Source of the DNA: a bacterium
Lineage (GTDB): Bacteria > Zhuqueibacterota > Zhuqueibacteria > Residuimicrobiales > Krinioviventaceae
Direction: 5' to 3'
Assembly: GCA_963693055.1 (NCBI GenBank)
Contig: OY843751.1
Span: forward strand, 4,512,001 to 4,576,000
DNA length: 64,000 bases
In this document: piece by piece, positions 28,452 to 38,203 of the stretch
Layout of the letters: each line of letters begins with the position of its first letter
Numbering within the stretch: the first letter of the stretch is position 1
The notes under the pieces: model-generated
Databases searched by the model: none
The model's input: only the letters and a program-made list of their open reading frames with translations
What the model was told of the DNA's origin: nothing
Made by a program: the position numbers and the translations under genes

Positions 28452-29984
28452 CTATGATAATTTTGTTTTTAAAATCTTGCCTGATTCATTTTTAGGCAAT
28501 TCTTTAACAAATTCTATAACCTTGGGCAACTTGTATGCCGGCAGTTTTTGCCGTAAATATTCTATGATTGCCTTTTCATCCGTATCAGATGATGACAGCG
28601 GCACAATAAAAGCTTTTATCGCTTCGCCCATAATCTCATCTTTAATTCCAATAACAGCGGTTTCGTGTACCGCATCTATTTCCAGCAACTTTTCTTCAAC
28701 TTCTTTAGCGCTAACCCGTTCTCCACCAACCTTGATCATATCTTTTTTACGCCCCACTACAAAAAGATAGCCATCCTCATCCATCACACCAATATCACCG
28801 GTGTAATATACACCATTTCGAAGCACTTTTTCAGTCTCAATAGGATCATTCCAATAGCCCACCATTAAATTTGAACCTTTGGCAACAATCTCACCTTCAT
28901 TACCTTGCGGTAATTCAACACCATTATCGTCGGCTATAAACAGATCTACATTAGGAATACCCTTTCCGATAGATCCAAACTTTTTGGGCAGCATTTCGGG
29001 TTCCAGATAAGACAAACGTGCCGAAGCTTCGGTCGCACCATACATGATAAATACACGAGCACTTGAAAAGACCTGGCTAACTTCTTTTTGTACAGATGGT
29101 GCCATAGCTCCACCCGCTTGAGTAATATAGCGAAGTGTTGGAAATTCATAATCCCTGATACTTGAACGGTTTAAAAGGATGATAAAAGTAGAAGGTACTC
29201 CGGAAAATCCGGTTACACCTGTCTTTTCCATATTCTTTAAAACAACATTGGGATAAGCAAAAGCATTATCAATAACAACTGAACCACCCGCGTAAAAATG
29301 AGTATTCAGCAAAGATTTTCCGTAAATATAATAAAAAGGCAAAACAACCATTACCCGATCTTTTCCGGTAATTTCAAGATATGAAACAATTGAACGTGTA
29401 TTACTGACAATATTTAAATGGGTAAGAGTTACTCCTTTGGGCTTGCCGGTACTCCCGGATGTATAGACAATCGAAGCAAGATCAAGATCAATGCCACGAA
29501 CATTAGGGGGCTGTTCACTGCCATTATCAAGCACCTCGGAATAGGATACTGGATTGCAGTGCCCAATTGCCTGATATTCAGACAGATCATCCTGTTGAAT
29601 GACAACATGCCTGAGATTGGGTACTTTTTTCAATGCGGGAACAAGGTCTTTGGAGAAAGATGCGTTGGTAATAATTGCAACAGCACCGGAATCATTCAAC
29701 AGGTACTCTAGAGCATCAGCAGTGGTTGCTGTATTCAAGGCCACGGTAACAGCACCTACCTTTAAAACAGCATAATAAGCAATAATGTAGTGAAATGAAT
29801 TCTCGTAAAGAATAGCAACACGATCACCACGAAGCACATGTTGTTCTTTGAGATAATTTGCAAGCTTGTTAGACAAAAGGTCCAACTCTCCAAAAGTCAT
29901 CCATTCATCTTTATACCAGACAGCCTGCTTGTCTGGTGTTTTTTGAGCTGAATTTTCTAAAAAATTTTGTACCTGCACAACCAT
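28452..29984 (-). CDS. class I adenylate-forming enzyme (acyl-CoA/acyl-ACP ligase)
   Basis: YTSGSTGKPKG, MYGATEA, YTGD, GRKKD, LPKNESGK. Confidence 0.9.
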   Translation of the reverse strand: MVVQVQNFLENSAQKTPDKQAVWYKDEWMTFGELDLLSNKLANYLKEQHVLRGDRVAILYENSFHYIIAYYAVLKVGAVTVALNTATTADALEYLLNDSGAVAIITNASFSKDLVPALKKVPNLRHVVIQQDDLSEYQAIGHCNPVSYSEVLDNGSEQPPNVRGIDLDLASIVYTSGSTGKPKGVTLTHLNIVSNTRSIVSYLEITGKDRVMVVLPFYYIYGKSLLNTHFYAGGSVVIDNAFAYPNVVLKNMEKTGVTGFSGVPSTFIILLNRSSIRDYEFPTLRYITQAGGAMAPSVQKEVSQVFSSARVFIMYGATEASARLSYLEPEMLPKKFGSIGKGIPNVDLFIADDNGVELPQGNEGEIVAKGSNLMVGYWNDPIETEKVLRNGVYYTGDIGVMDEDGYLFVVGRKKDMIKVGGERVSAKEVEEKLLEIDAVHETAVIGIKDEIMGEAIKAFIVPLSSSDTDEKAIIEYLRQKLPAYKLPKVIEFVKELPKNESGKILKTKLS

Positions 29985-29998
29985 TACCTCCCTTAATT

Positions 29999-30943
29999 TT
30001 AAATAGCCATTAATGGTTCCATACGCAGATATTCAGTCCTTTTGATTTTCTGATCAATATCCTCAACAACTCTTGCTGCCTGTTCCACTGAAATGGACAT
30101 TTTATCTGCAATTTGTTGGGTTGTAGCACCATTTTCATGCATTTCCCAAATTGCATCCATAACATCAAATGAGAGTTTAAAGAAAAATTCCTTTTGCGTA
30201 ACTTCACCGGGATATGTGTCGGTTGTAGGTGTACGATCAATAATATCTTTGGGTACGCCAATTGCTTTTGCAACCTCGTATACCTGAGTTTTGAACAAAT
30301 GAATGATTGGTTTTAAATCAGTGCCACCATCACCATATTTTACAAAGAACCCCAATTCGTGTTCATTTTTGTTTCCTGTTCCGGCAACTGCATAATTACG
30401 CAATTCAGCGTGATAGTACAAGGTTGTCATTCTAAGACGCTGTTTCATATTAGAAGCAGCAACAATTTGCATATACTCTTTTAATGGTAAACGTTTTTCA
30501 ATTTCGTTGCCTGCATTATCAGTAATTGCTCCATAAAACAGATTGAGCATATTATCTTTTAACGGATCACCTTTAAGGATGATTTTAAAATTCATGCCCG
30601 GTTCATAATCCGGGAAAACCCGTTTTACAGCTTCATCGCGACGTTCATAGCAGCCCATGCCGTTCAAGCCACCAGTTATATCTTCAACAACAAATTCAAT
30701 ACCCAACTGTTTGGCAAGATTTTCTGCCAGTTCCCGGCTTTCGGGACTGGAATCTTTTTCAGGCAATGCCAGGCCGGTTACCCTTTCTTTACCCAATGCT
30801 TTAACACACAATGCAGCTACCACGGATGAATCAATACCACCACTGATACCCACAACAGCACCTCTTTTTTTCAAATCTTGCGAAATTACATTGCGAATTC
30901 CGGTAGTAATTGTTTCTATTGCTTTATTTTCATCGAACTTCAT
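29999..30943 (-). CDS. nadE: NH3-dependent NAD+ synthetase-like protein (polysaccharide-locus paralog)
   Basis: SGGIDSS, NMKQRLRM..LY, GTGNKNE, FFVKYGDG, KTQVY; no glutaminase domain. Confidence 0.75.
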   Translation of the reverse strand: MKFDENKAIETITTGIRNVISQDLKKRGAVVGISGGIDSSVVAALCVKALGKERVTGLALPEKDSSPESRELAENLAKQLGIEFVVEDITGGLNGMGCYERRDEAVKRVFPDYEPGMNFKIILKGDPLKDNMLNLFYGAITDNAGNEIEKRLPLKEYMQIVAASNMKQRLRMTTLYYHAELRNYAVAGTGNKNEHELGFFVKYGDGGTDLKPIIHLFKTQVYEVAKAIGVPKDIIDRTPTTDTYPGEVTQKEFFFKLSFDVMDAIWEMHENGATTQQIADKMSISVEQAARVVEDIDQKIKRTEYLRMEPLMAI

Positions 30944-30956
30944 AATTATCCTCTCT

Positions 30957-32924
30957 TTATTTCCTGGATCGGTAATCGAAAACCCGACACTCCTGATCTT
31001 GTACAGTAGGTTTATTATTTATAAAATGTTCTTTCAACATTTCTGTTGTAATAATTGCCATCAGCGCCATTTCTTCTCGCGCGGAAACATTTGCGTTTGG
31101 GAGAAACAATCTCTTTTTCAAAATCGAAATTTTATCTGCATCAAAAACCATAGAATTGCGGATGCGTGATTCATCTAACCATGTATCAACAAATTTAGGG
31201 TCAGCGAGCAGGGTATTTCTGACCGGGGCCCTATAAGGCTGTTTTGGTCTGCTAATTACCGGGTCCGGCAATAGATGTTTAAATGTATGTTTTAAAATCC
31301 ATTTTTCATTCAGCACCTTTAATTTCAACTCGGGTGCAAGACGATTTGCAAAATCAATTACTCGCTTATCGAGAAACGGATACCTGCCTTCAACACTGTT
31401 CCCCATTGTCATACGGTCACCTTGCGAGCTCAACAAATATCCACTAAGAAATATTTTTGCTTCAAGAAAATGCGCACGCTCAAGGGGATTTAATCCATCC
31501 AGTAATCCGTCTACTCTGGCTTCCAACTCTGTAACCGGATTATACCCCTTTGTTTCACCCAAAACATCCTGAGTTAAAAATCCGGCAAGATAATCACCGT
31601 TATTCCAACGCAAACGATGCGAATAAAACAGATCAGATGTATTTGCTACATCTTTTTGAAAAAACTGGATCCAGTAATTCAATGTACGCGGATTTGTAGT
31701 TATATATGGATACAATTTTTCATACAACCGCGGACGCCAGGTAGAGCCTGGCATTTTGGCGTTAAACCATCGAACTTTAGTTTCGCGATAGATATTGTAA
31801 CCACTAAAAAACTCGTCAGCGCCTTCACCGGTTAAAACAACTTTGAAATCTGATTCCCGCACAAACTTTGACAGCAAAAACAGAGGTACCGGCGCGGTTC
31901 GCAAAACAGGCTTTTCTGTATGCCATATAACTTTATGCAAATTTTCGCAAACCATCTCATTATTGCTTACAAAAGCAGAATGATCGGTTTCGAGATGTTT
32001 TGAAACTAGTTTTTGAAATTCAGACTCATCAAATGCTTTTTCTTCAAAGCCGATTGAAAAAGTCCGCAGTTTATTATTATGCCCTGTTTTTACCAGAGCG
32101 GTTGTGATTGAAGAATCAAGCCCACCGCTTAAATAAGCACCAACCGGCACATCAGCCCGAAGACGAATACGTACAGAATCTTCAAGCAAATCCGTCAATT
32201 CTTCTGAAGCGCTGTTTACATCCCTTATATAATCGGAATCACTTTCAGGGTAGCTTAACTGCCAATATGGTTTTTGTTCAAAATGGTCTTGAGTGTATTT
32301 GATATAATGGCCCGGCTTGACCTCTTGTATATTTTTAAAAATCGAATTACCGGGCAGTGGAGACCAAAAAGTTAAAGTTTGCAGCATGGCCTCAGGATCA
32401 ATGGTAAAATCCAGTTCAGGAAACGGCAGAAACAGTTTAATTTCTGATGCAAAATACAATTGATTATCTGCTATTTGATAATGCAAAGGACAAATGCCAA
32501 CATGATCACGAGCCAGCATGATAGATTTATGGTTCTTGTCCCAAATGGCAAAAGCAAATTGACCATTCAAATGATCAAACAGTTTTACACCATATTCTTC
32601 ATACAGATGCAAAACAACTTCAACATCCGTATGCGTAGTAAATCTATGTCCCTTTGCAATCAACTCTTGTCGTAGTTCAATATAATTAAAGATCTCGCCA
32701 TTACACACCAACCAGAGAGAACCATCTTCGTTTCCAATGGGTTGATGCCCGCCTTCAAGGTCGATAATGCTTAGACGGGTTTGTCCCAGCAAAGCATAGT
32801 CATCCACATAGACACCACGCCCATCAGGGCCCCGGTGTCCCAACATCCCCAGACTCTTGCGAAATACCGGAAAAGCATTGGGATTCAGTTCGTTTTTATT
32901 AAAAACTCCGGCAATACCACACAT
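30957..32924 (-). CDS. asnB: asparagine synthase (glutamine-hydrolysing) family amidotransferase
   Basis: N-terminal MCGIAG, HRGPD, RLSIID, NGEIFN, LSGGLDSS, GEGADE. Confidence 0.92.
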   Translation of the reverse strand: MCGIAGVFNKNELNPNAFPVFRKSLGMLGHRGPDGRGVYVDDYALLGQTRLSIIDLEGGHQPIGNEDGSLWLVCNGEIFNYIELRQELIAKGHRFTTHTDVEVVLHLYEEYGVKLFDHLNGQFAFAIWDKNHKSIMLARDHVGICPLHYQIADNQLYFASEIKLFLPFPELDFTIDPEAMLQTLTFWSPLPGNSIFKNIQEVKPGHYIKYTQDHFEQKPYWQLSYPESDSDYIRDVNSASEELTDLLEDSVRIRLRADVPVGAYLSGGLDSSITTALVKTGHNNKLRTFSIGFEEKAFDESEFQKLVSKHLETDHSAFVSNNEMVCENLHKVIWHTEKPVLRTAPVPLFLLSKFVRESDFKVVLTGEGADEFFSGYNIYRETKVRWFNAKMPGSTWRPRLYEKLYPYITTNPRTLNYWIQFFQKDVANTSDLFYSHRLRWNNGDYLAGFLTQDVLGETKGYNPVTELEARVDGLLDGLNPLERAHFLEAKIFLSGYLLSSQGDRMTMGNSVEGRYPFLDKRVIDFANRLAPELKLKVLNEKWILKHTFKHLLPDPVISRPKQPYRAPVRNTLLADPKFVDTWLDESRIRNSMVFDADKISILKKRLFLPNANVSAREEMALMAIITTEMLKEHFINNKPTVQDQECRVFDYRSRK

Positions 32925-33007
32925 ATTATAAACCAGTAAATGTCAGGTAATAAAAATTTTATGGCAAGAAGCATTACAAGATAATCAAATCAACAGGAAA
33001 CAGAAAA

Positions 33008-33256
33008 TCAGTTTGCTTTTTTACTTTGTATAAATGAAACAAGTTGATCAACAGTATCCAGATTTTCTGGTATCAATTCATGGTCATCAATATTGATCTT
33101 GAATGTTTCCTCTACAAAAGTTACAAGCTCCAAAACACCCGTAGAATCAATGATCCCGCCTTCAAGAAAAGATTGTTTATCATCTAATTCTTTAGAAAAA
33201 TCATTAAAGAAAAAATTCTCATAAATAAAACTTCTGATTTGTTCTTTCTCAGACAT
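33008..33256 (-). CDS. acyl carrier protein
   Basis: 82 aa, acidic; GIIDSTGVLELV phosphopantetheine motif. Confidence 0.9.
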   Translation of the reverse strand: MSEKEQIRSFIYENFFFNDFSKELDDKQSFLEGGIIDSTGVLELVTFVEETFKINIDDHELIPENLDTVDQLVSFIQSKKAN

Positions 33257-33304
33257 TCCGCAATTCCTCTATCTTTATCTACTATCCAAAGAATAACCGT
33301 AAAA

Positions 33305-35158
33305 TTATCTCATCATCGAGCGGCCTTCTTCAATAATTTCTTCAAGTTTACTTTTGAATCCGTTTAGATTTTTTTCCTGAGTAGATGCAATACGAATAAT
33401 ATTGTTAATTTTTCCCTTGAATTCACGAAGGTTAAAACGGTTAGTTGAACGTCGTTTTAAGATGTAGAGATTATCATTTTCACTTTCTAACAGCTCTTCT
33501 TCGTTTTCCCACAACTCTTCAATTATCTTTTCCCCAAATCGAAGTCCGGTATAACTAATATTGATCTTGTCAGCGGAACCATTACCTGCAAGCAGTATTA
33601 ATTCCTTGGCAATTTCGTTGATCTTAATCAACTCACCCATTTTCAGTAAAAAGATCTGACCACCCTCACCCAATGCTGCCGCTTGCAATACAAGCTGAAC
33701 AGCCTCGGGAATTGACATAAAATATCGTTTAACATCAGGATGTGTAACTGTTACAGGCCCGCCCTTACTGATCTGCTCCTGAAACAGCCTGATAACGCTA
33801 CCACTACTACCAATCACATTACCAAAACGCACCGCCATACAACGTGTACTATTTGTATTATCACTTGCCTGAACAACCTGCTCAGCAATACGCTTGGTCA
33901 TTCCCATAAAACTGGTAGGATTAACAGCTTTATCTGTGGAAATGAAGACAAATTTCTTAACATGATGTTGTATACAAACATCGAGCACATTCTTGGTACC
34001 CATTACATTATTTTTAACAGCCTGACTGGGATGCAACTCCATCATGGGTACATGTTTGTAAGCAGCTGCATGAAAAACGAGCTGCGGTTTATGCTTATTA
34101 AAGGCATTATCGGTTTCAATAAAATCTGTAATATCTGCCAATGCAAGCGAATAGTCCAGTTCGGGGTACTTTTCACTCAATTCACGATCAAGATAAAACA
34201 ACCCATTTTCCGAACGATCAAAAGCAACCAGCTTCTCGGGATTAAATTTTGCAATTTGCCTGCAAATTTCCGAGCCTATTGAACCAGCAGCACCGGTAAC
34301 CAACACTCGCTTACCTTCGATATATTTCTGAACCTGATCAAAATTGATCTGGATTTGCTCACGACCAATTAAATCTTCAATCTTGATCTTGCGAATACGA
34401 TCAAAAATTGTCTTCTGGTCCATAGGACCTTCCGGTTTGCTTATAATGCGAAAGGGCTTGCCAGACATACGACAAATCTTGACCAACTCTCTCATATCTT
34501 CACCACGAGCATATGAAAATGCAATAATAATCTCATCCACATTCATGGTCTCTGCAAGATGTAAAATACTCTTGCGGTTTCCCATAACCTTTACACCCAT
34601 AACCGAATGACCCAGTTTTTGGGGATCATCATCAACCAATGCAATTGGATTATATCCCATTTCCCAATTGGATTTCAACTCTTTAATCAAACGACGCGCC
34701 ATAATTCCACCACCAACAACCAGCACGCGTTTAACAGATAATGACTTTTTATAAATAATCTCGTTATACAACCTGACAGCAAAACGGCTGAAACCGGTAA
34801 ACAATATTGCAATCATAAAATCGATAATAAAAACGCTAAAAGGAATTGCATTTTTTAATGTAAAATATAAAATTATTGTTATAGTAATAGAAGATACAAT
34901 ATTAGCTTTACTTAATGCGACAATATCAGGAACACTAGCATCTTTCCATTGCCCTGAAAAAGCTCTGAACAAACTAAAAACAAGAACTTTTACAAGTAAT
35001 AATGCAGGAAGCGTAATTAAAAAAAGATGTAAAGCTTCACTATTCCAGGTATTAAAGAAAATAAGGCCAAAAGCAAAGAAATAAGAAATAACAAAAATCA
35101 CCAGATGTATTATGATATCCAGAGCCACTCTTTTATTGTAATAATTTGCGCTTAACAT
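33305..35158 (-). CDS. membrane-bound UDP-GlcNAc 4,6-dehydratase (PglF/CapD/WbpM family)
   Basis: 4 N-terminal TM; TGAAGSIGSE, HAAAYKHVP, ISTDKAVNP, VRFGNV. Confidence 0.92.
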   Translation of the reverse strand: MLSANYYNKRVALDIIIHLVIFVISYFFAFGLIFFNTWNSEALHLFLITLPALLLVKVLVFSLFRAFSGQWKDASVPDIVALSKANIVSSITITIILYFTLKNAIPFSVFIIDFMIAILFTGFSRFAVRLYNEIIYKKSLSVKRVLVVGGGIMARRLIKELKSNWEMGYNPIALVDDDPQKLGHSVMGVKVMGNRKSILHLAETMNVDEIIIAFSYARGEDMRELVKICRMSGKPFRIISKPEGPMDQKTIFDRIRKIKIEDLIGREQIQINFDQVQKYIEGKRVLVTGAAGSIGSEICRQIAKFNPEKLVAFDRSENGLFYLDRELSEKYPELDYSLALADITDFIETDNAFNKHKPQLVFHAAAYKHVPMMELHPSQAVKNNVMGTKNVLDVCIQHHVKKFVFISTDKAVNPTSFMGMTKRIAEQVVQASDNTNSTRCMAVRFGNVIGSSGSVIRLFQEQISKGGPVTVTHPDVKRYFMSIPEAVQLVLQAAALGEGGQIFLLKMGELIKINEIAKELILLAGNGSADKINISYTGLRFGEKIIEELWENEEELLESENDNLYILKRRSTNRFNLREFKGKINNIIRIASTQEKNLNGFKSKLEEIIEEGRSMMR

Positions 35159-35195
35159 CTATTGTTCCTGTATTTTAGTTTTTATCAAGTGTGAA

Positions 35196-37571
35196 CTATT
35201 TTAGTGCTTTACTTTCATTAAAGTATGAATAATAATAAGATGTATAACTTTCCTTAGGATTAAGATAATTGACAATCAAACCAGAAATCTTTGTATTTGA
35301 TTTTTTCAACAAACTCTTTGCTTTTTGTAATTCTTTTTGCGAGGTACTACCGGCCTTGATAACCAAAACAGCACCATCAACTATTGATCCCAGTATACCT
35401 GCATCTGTTACAACATTGATTGGAGGTGTATCCAGGAAAATCACATCATAAATATTGTTTAATTCGAAAAGTAAATTCTTCATTGCGCGTGACCCCAAAA
35501 CTTCTGATGGATATTTGGGGATCTCTCCACAAGGAAGCAAGTCTAAATTATCAATACCTGTCTCTACAATAGATGAATTAAAAGGAAACTGGGATTTCAT
35601 TTCTGTACCTGAACTACCATTATCCCTATTTTCAGGTATAGACACTTGCATATCATCCATTGGTTTTCCATGAATTTCATCATCAAAATCAAATATTTCC
35701 GGCATACCAATCAATTTCTTTGAAGGTTCCTCATCTACAATTCGACGAGGCACTCGCACACTTTTTTCGACTTTGACATTTTTACTATTAATAATCAATT
35801 CTGCTAAACCTGGCTTTAACTCTCTTTCAAATACGTGATGTAACACAGGTTTGCGGAGATCAGCATCAATCAATAATGTTTTGAGCCCCATTTGTGCAGT
35901 AGTAACAGCCATATTTGAAGAAATAAAAGACTTGCCCTCATTGGGATTACTACTGGTCACCAAAATGATCCGCATTGCAGAATCAAAATCTGAGATATTT
36001 AAATTCGTTCTAATAGACCGAAACGCCTCAGATTCAGGAGATTGCGGGTCCAGCAATGTAATCAAATCTTCTTTGGATTGTTCCGGCAGCTTTCTAATTC
36101 TTTTATTCAACCACTTTCCAGGACGTTTGTACAAGGGTGTTCTAATTTCGGGAATGGACCCGATCAAATTCAACTCAGACACACGCTCAGCATCTTCGGC
36201 TTTTTTTATCTTGTCATCAAAAAACTCTAACGCAAGTGCAAGCCCAACACCACAAGACATACCCAGCATAAATCCAACAATCAGGTTAAGCATTTTTCTA
36301 GGACGAATGGGATTATCTGGCAAAATTGCTTTATCAATGATACGAATATTACCGGAAATTTCAGCTTCAGCAATTTTGGCTTCTTCCCTCTTGGAAAGCA
36401 GCATAGTATATATCTCTTCACTTACGGCTTTATCACGCATCAACTGAGCAAGGCGCAATTCCTTTGCAGGCATGGTATTTAAATTTTTCTCGTAATTGGA
36501 AATGACATCATCCAAGGCTTTTTGCTGAGCTTCGTAAGCTTTGATATCTATGTCAAGCGTAATAGACTCTTCCAGTAAACGCTGTATTTCAGAAAGAGGA
36601 TCGATCGTGTTTTCACCTGAAGCAATACGTAATGTTTCGTCACGAAGATTATCACTAATCTCATTAATCTGCGTTCTCAACTCTACCATTTTCGGGTGGT
36701 CCGCAGGATAATCTTGCACACTTAATCTTGTATATTGGTCTTCAAGATTTATCAACTCTTCACGCATTCTTTGTGCGCGCGTTGAAGTAGTTTTAGTAAC
36801 TGCCGGAACTAAATCCTTACGTTCTTCTGCCAATCTTTGCGTTATAAAGCTTTGTCTTTCTTGTGCAGCATTCAAATTAGTAATGGTTTGATTCAACAAA
36901 TTTTCAGCTTCGGTAATACGCCTCAAGATCTCGCTACCCTGCTGGCTGATTTCGGTCAATTTATTTTTTTCTTTAAACTCTCGCATCCGCAACTCTGCAT
37001 CATCCAGATCTCGCTTGTATCGCTGCAAATTATCATTTATTATTGACCGCACATTACTGGCTTCCTGACCAATAACTTCAAGGTTTCGCTCTACCAATAC
37101 ATCTGCAATACGGTTTGCAATAAACATTGCCGCCAAAGGAGATTCTGTATTGACTTCAATATTAATAACATCAGACCCCTGAACTGAACTGGCAACAATT
37201 CCCTCTTTAATCAGACCTACAAGATACTCTTTTTCATTAAAATTAGGTCCCGCATCAATAGGATATGTAAATTCTGCTTTAATGCTGTCTGGCAATGTTA
37301 ATACAACATCCCTAGCCATTGAACGACTTTGAATTTCTTCAATTTGATTAATAATAATATTTTCAGAGGTTACAGCATAAGATTCTGTAATCTGTCGGCC
37401 CCCTTTTGATTGATCAAATACAATCTTGGTTTTGGCCGAATAGACCGGTGTTGAATATTTGTTCAACATATACACCGGCACAAGGAATAATAATAGGGAA
37501 GCCAGAACAACCAGCTTTTTCCTTAATATTATATGTAAAATCCTTCGAAGATCTATTTCATTAGAGTTCAT
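35196..37571 (-). CDS. wzc: polysaccharide co-polymerase / BY-tyrosine autokinase
   Basis: two TMs flanking a coiled-coil; Walker A PNEGKS, LIDADLRKP, FLDTPP, C-terminal YTSYYYSY; start placed at ATG 37571 (MNSNEIDL) after AGGG to avoid overlap. Confidence 0.9.
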   Translation of the reverse strand: MNSNEIDLRRILHIILRKKLVVLASLLLFLVPVYMLNKYSTPVYSAKTKIVFDQSKGGRQITESYAVTSENIIINQIEEIQSRSMARDVVLTLPDSIKAEFTYPIDAGPNFNEKEYLVGLIKEGIVASSVQGSDVINIEVNTESPLAAMFIANRIADVLVERNLEVIGQEASNVRSIINDNLQRYKRDLDDAELRMREFKEKNKLTEISQQGSEILRRITEAENLLNQTITNLNAAQERQSFITQRLAEERKDLVPAVTKTTSTRAQRMREELINLEDQYTRLSVQDYPADHPKMVELRTQINEISDNLRDETLRIASGENTIDPLSEIQRLLEESITLDIDIKAYEAQQKALDDVISNYEKNLNTMPAKELRLAQLMRDKAVSEEIYTMLLSKREEAKIAEAEISGNIRIIDKAILPDNPIRPRKMLNLIVGFMLGMSCGVGLALALEFFDDKIKKAEDAERVSELNLIGSIPEIRTPLYKRPGKWLNKRIRKLPEQSKEDLITLLDPQSPESEAFRSIRTNLNISDFDSAMRIILVTSSNPNEGKSFISSNMAVTTAQMGLKTLLIDADLRKPVLHHVFERELKPGLAELIINSKNVKVEKSVRVPRRIVDEEPSKKLIGMPEIFDFDDEIHGKPMDDMQVSIPENRDNGSSGTEMKSQFPFNSSIVETGIDNLDLLPCGEIPKYPSEVLGSRAMKNLLFELNNIYDVIFLDTPPINVVTDAGILGSIVDGAVLVIKAGSTSQKELQKAKSLLKKSNTKISGLIVNYLNPKESYTSYYYSYFNESKALK

Positions 37572-37590
37572 AATATACCCTGAATTAAAA

Positions 37591-38112
37591 TTAATTCCGG
37601 TTCCAGTACCAATAAACCTGTGCAACAATTGCCAACTGCGAAACTACACGAATTACCGTTTGCCATCTAAACCAATTATTCTTCCCTACCTGAACAACAT
37701 CGCCAGGTTGCAATGTTGGCAGCAATTGCTCAAATTCCTGGCTTTCCAGAATTTTGTGCAAATTAATTTTGACAATTCTTTTTTGGGCCGCCTGATTCAT
37801 CATAATATTACGGTACGTTTCCCGCTCTATGGGACCAGTGGAACTTGTAATACTCAACAAGCCTCTTGTTATTTTAACATTTTTCAAGTTTGAATATTCC
37901 GTTGGACCACCTGCTTTTGAAATCAATTCAAGTAAATCAGTCTTGTCTGAAACGGTGTATTCTCCAGGAATTCTCACTTCACCCCAAATATGGACAGTGA
38001 ATTGAAGCTTCCCATCATCGCCAATGATATATTCATTTTTTTTAACGACACTTTGACTAAAAAGCCAAAAAGGTACGAGTACAAACACTAAAACAAGTAT
38101 TACATTCTTCAT
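37591..38112 (-). CDS. SLBB-domain polysaccharide export protein (minimal Wza/OPX-like)
   Basis: VHIWGEVRIPGEY…LLELISKAGG, LQPGDVVQV, C-terminal amphipathic helix; directly upstream of wzc. Confidence 0.8.
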   Translation of the reverse strand: MKNVILVLVFVLVPFWLFSQSVVKKNEYIIGDDGKLQFTVHIWGEVRIPGEYTVSDKTDLLELISKAGGPTEYSNLKNVKITRGLLSITSSTGPIERETYRNIMMNQAAQKRIVKINLHKILESQEFEQLLPTLQPGDVVQVGKNNWFRWQTVIRVVSQLAIVAQVYWYWNRN

Positions 38113-38203
38113 AATAATTCTTTATTTTAAAATTAAATAAATATTTCAATATTAATATATATGAACTCTACCCCAAAGACCATAATCTGCACGATTACAA
38201 TTT

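Noticed and set aside
37572-37628. N-terminal extension of wzc in the ORF track
   Set aside because: It overlaps the upstream SLBB gene; ATG 37571 has an RBS and gives a typical 'EIDL' start.
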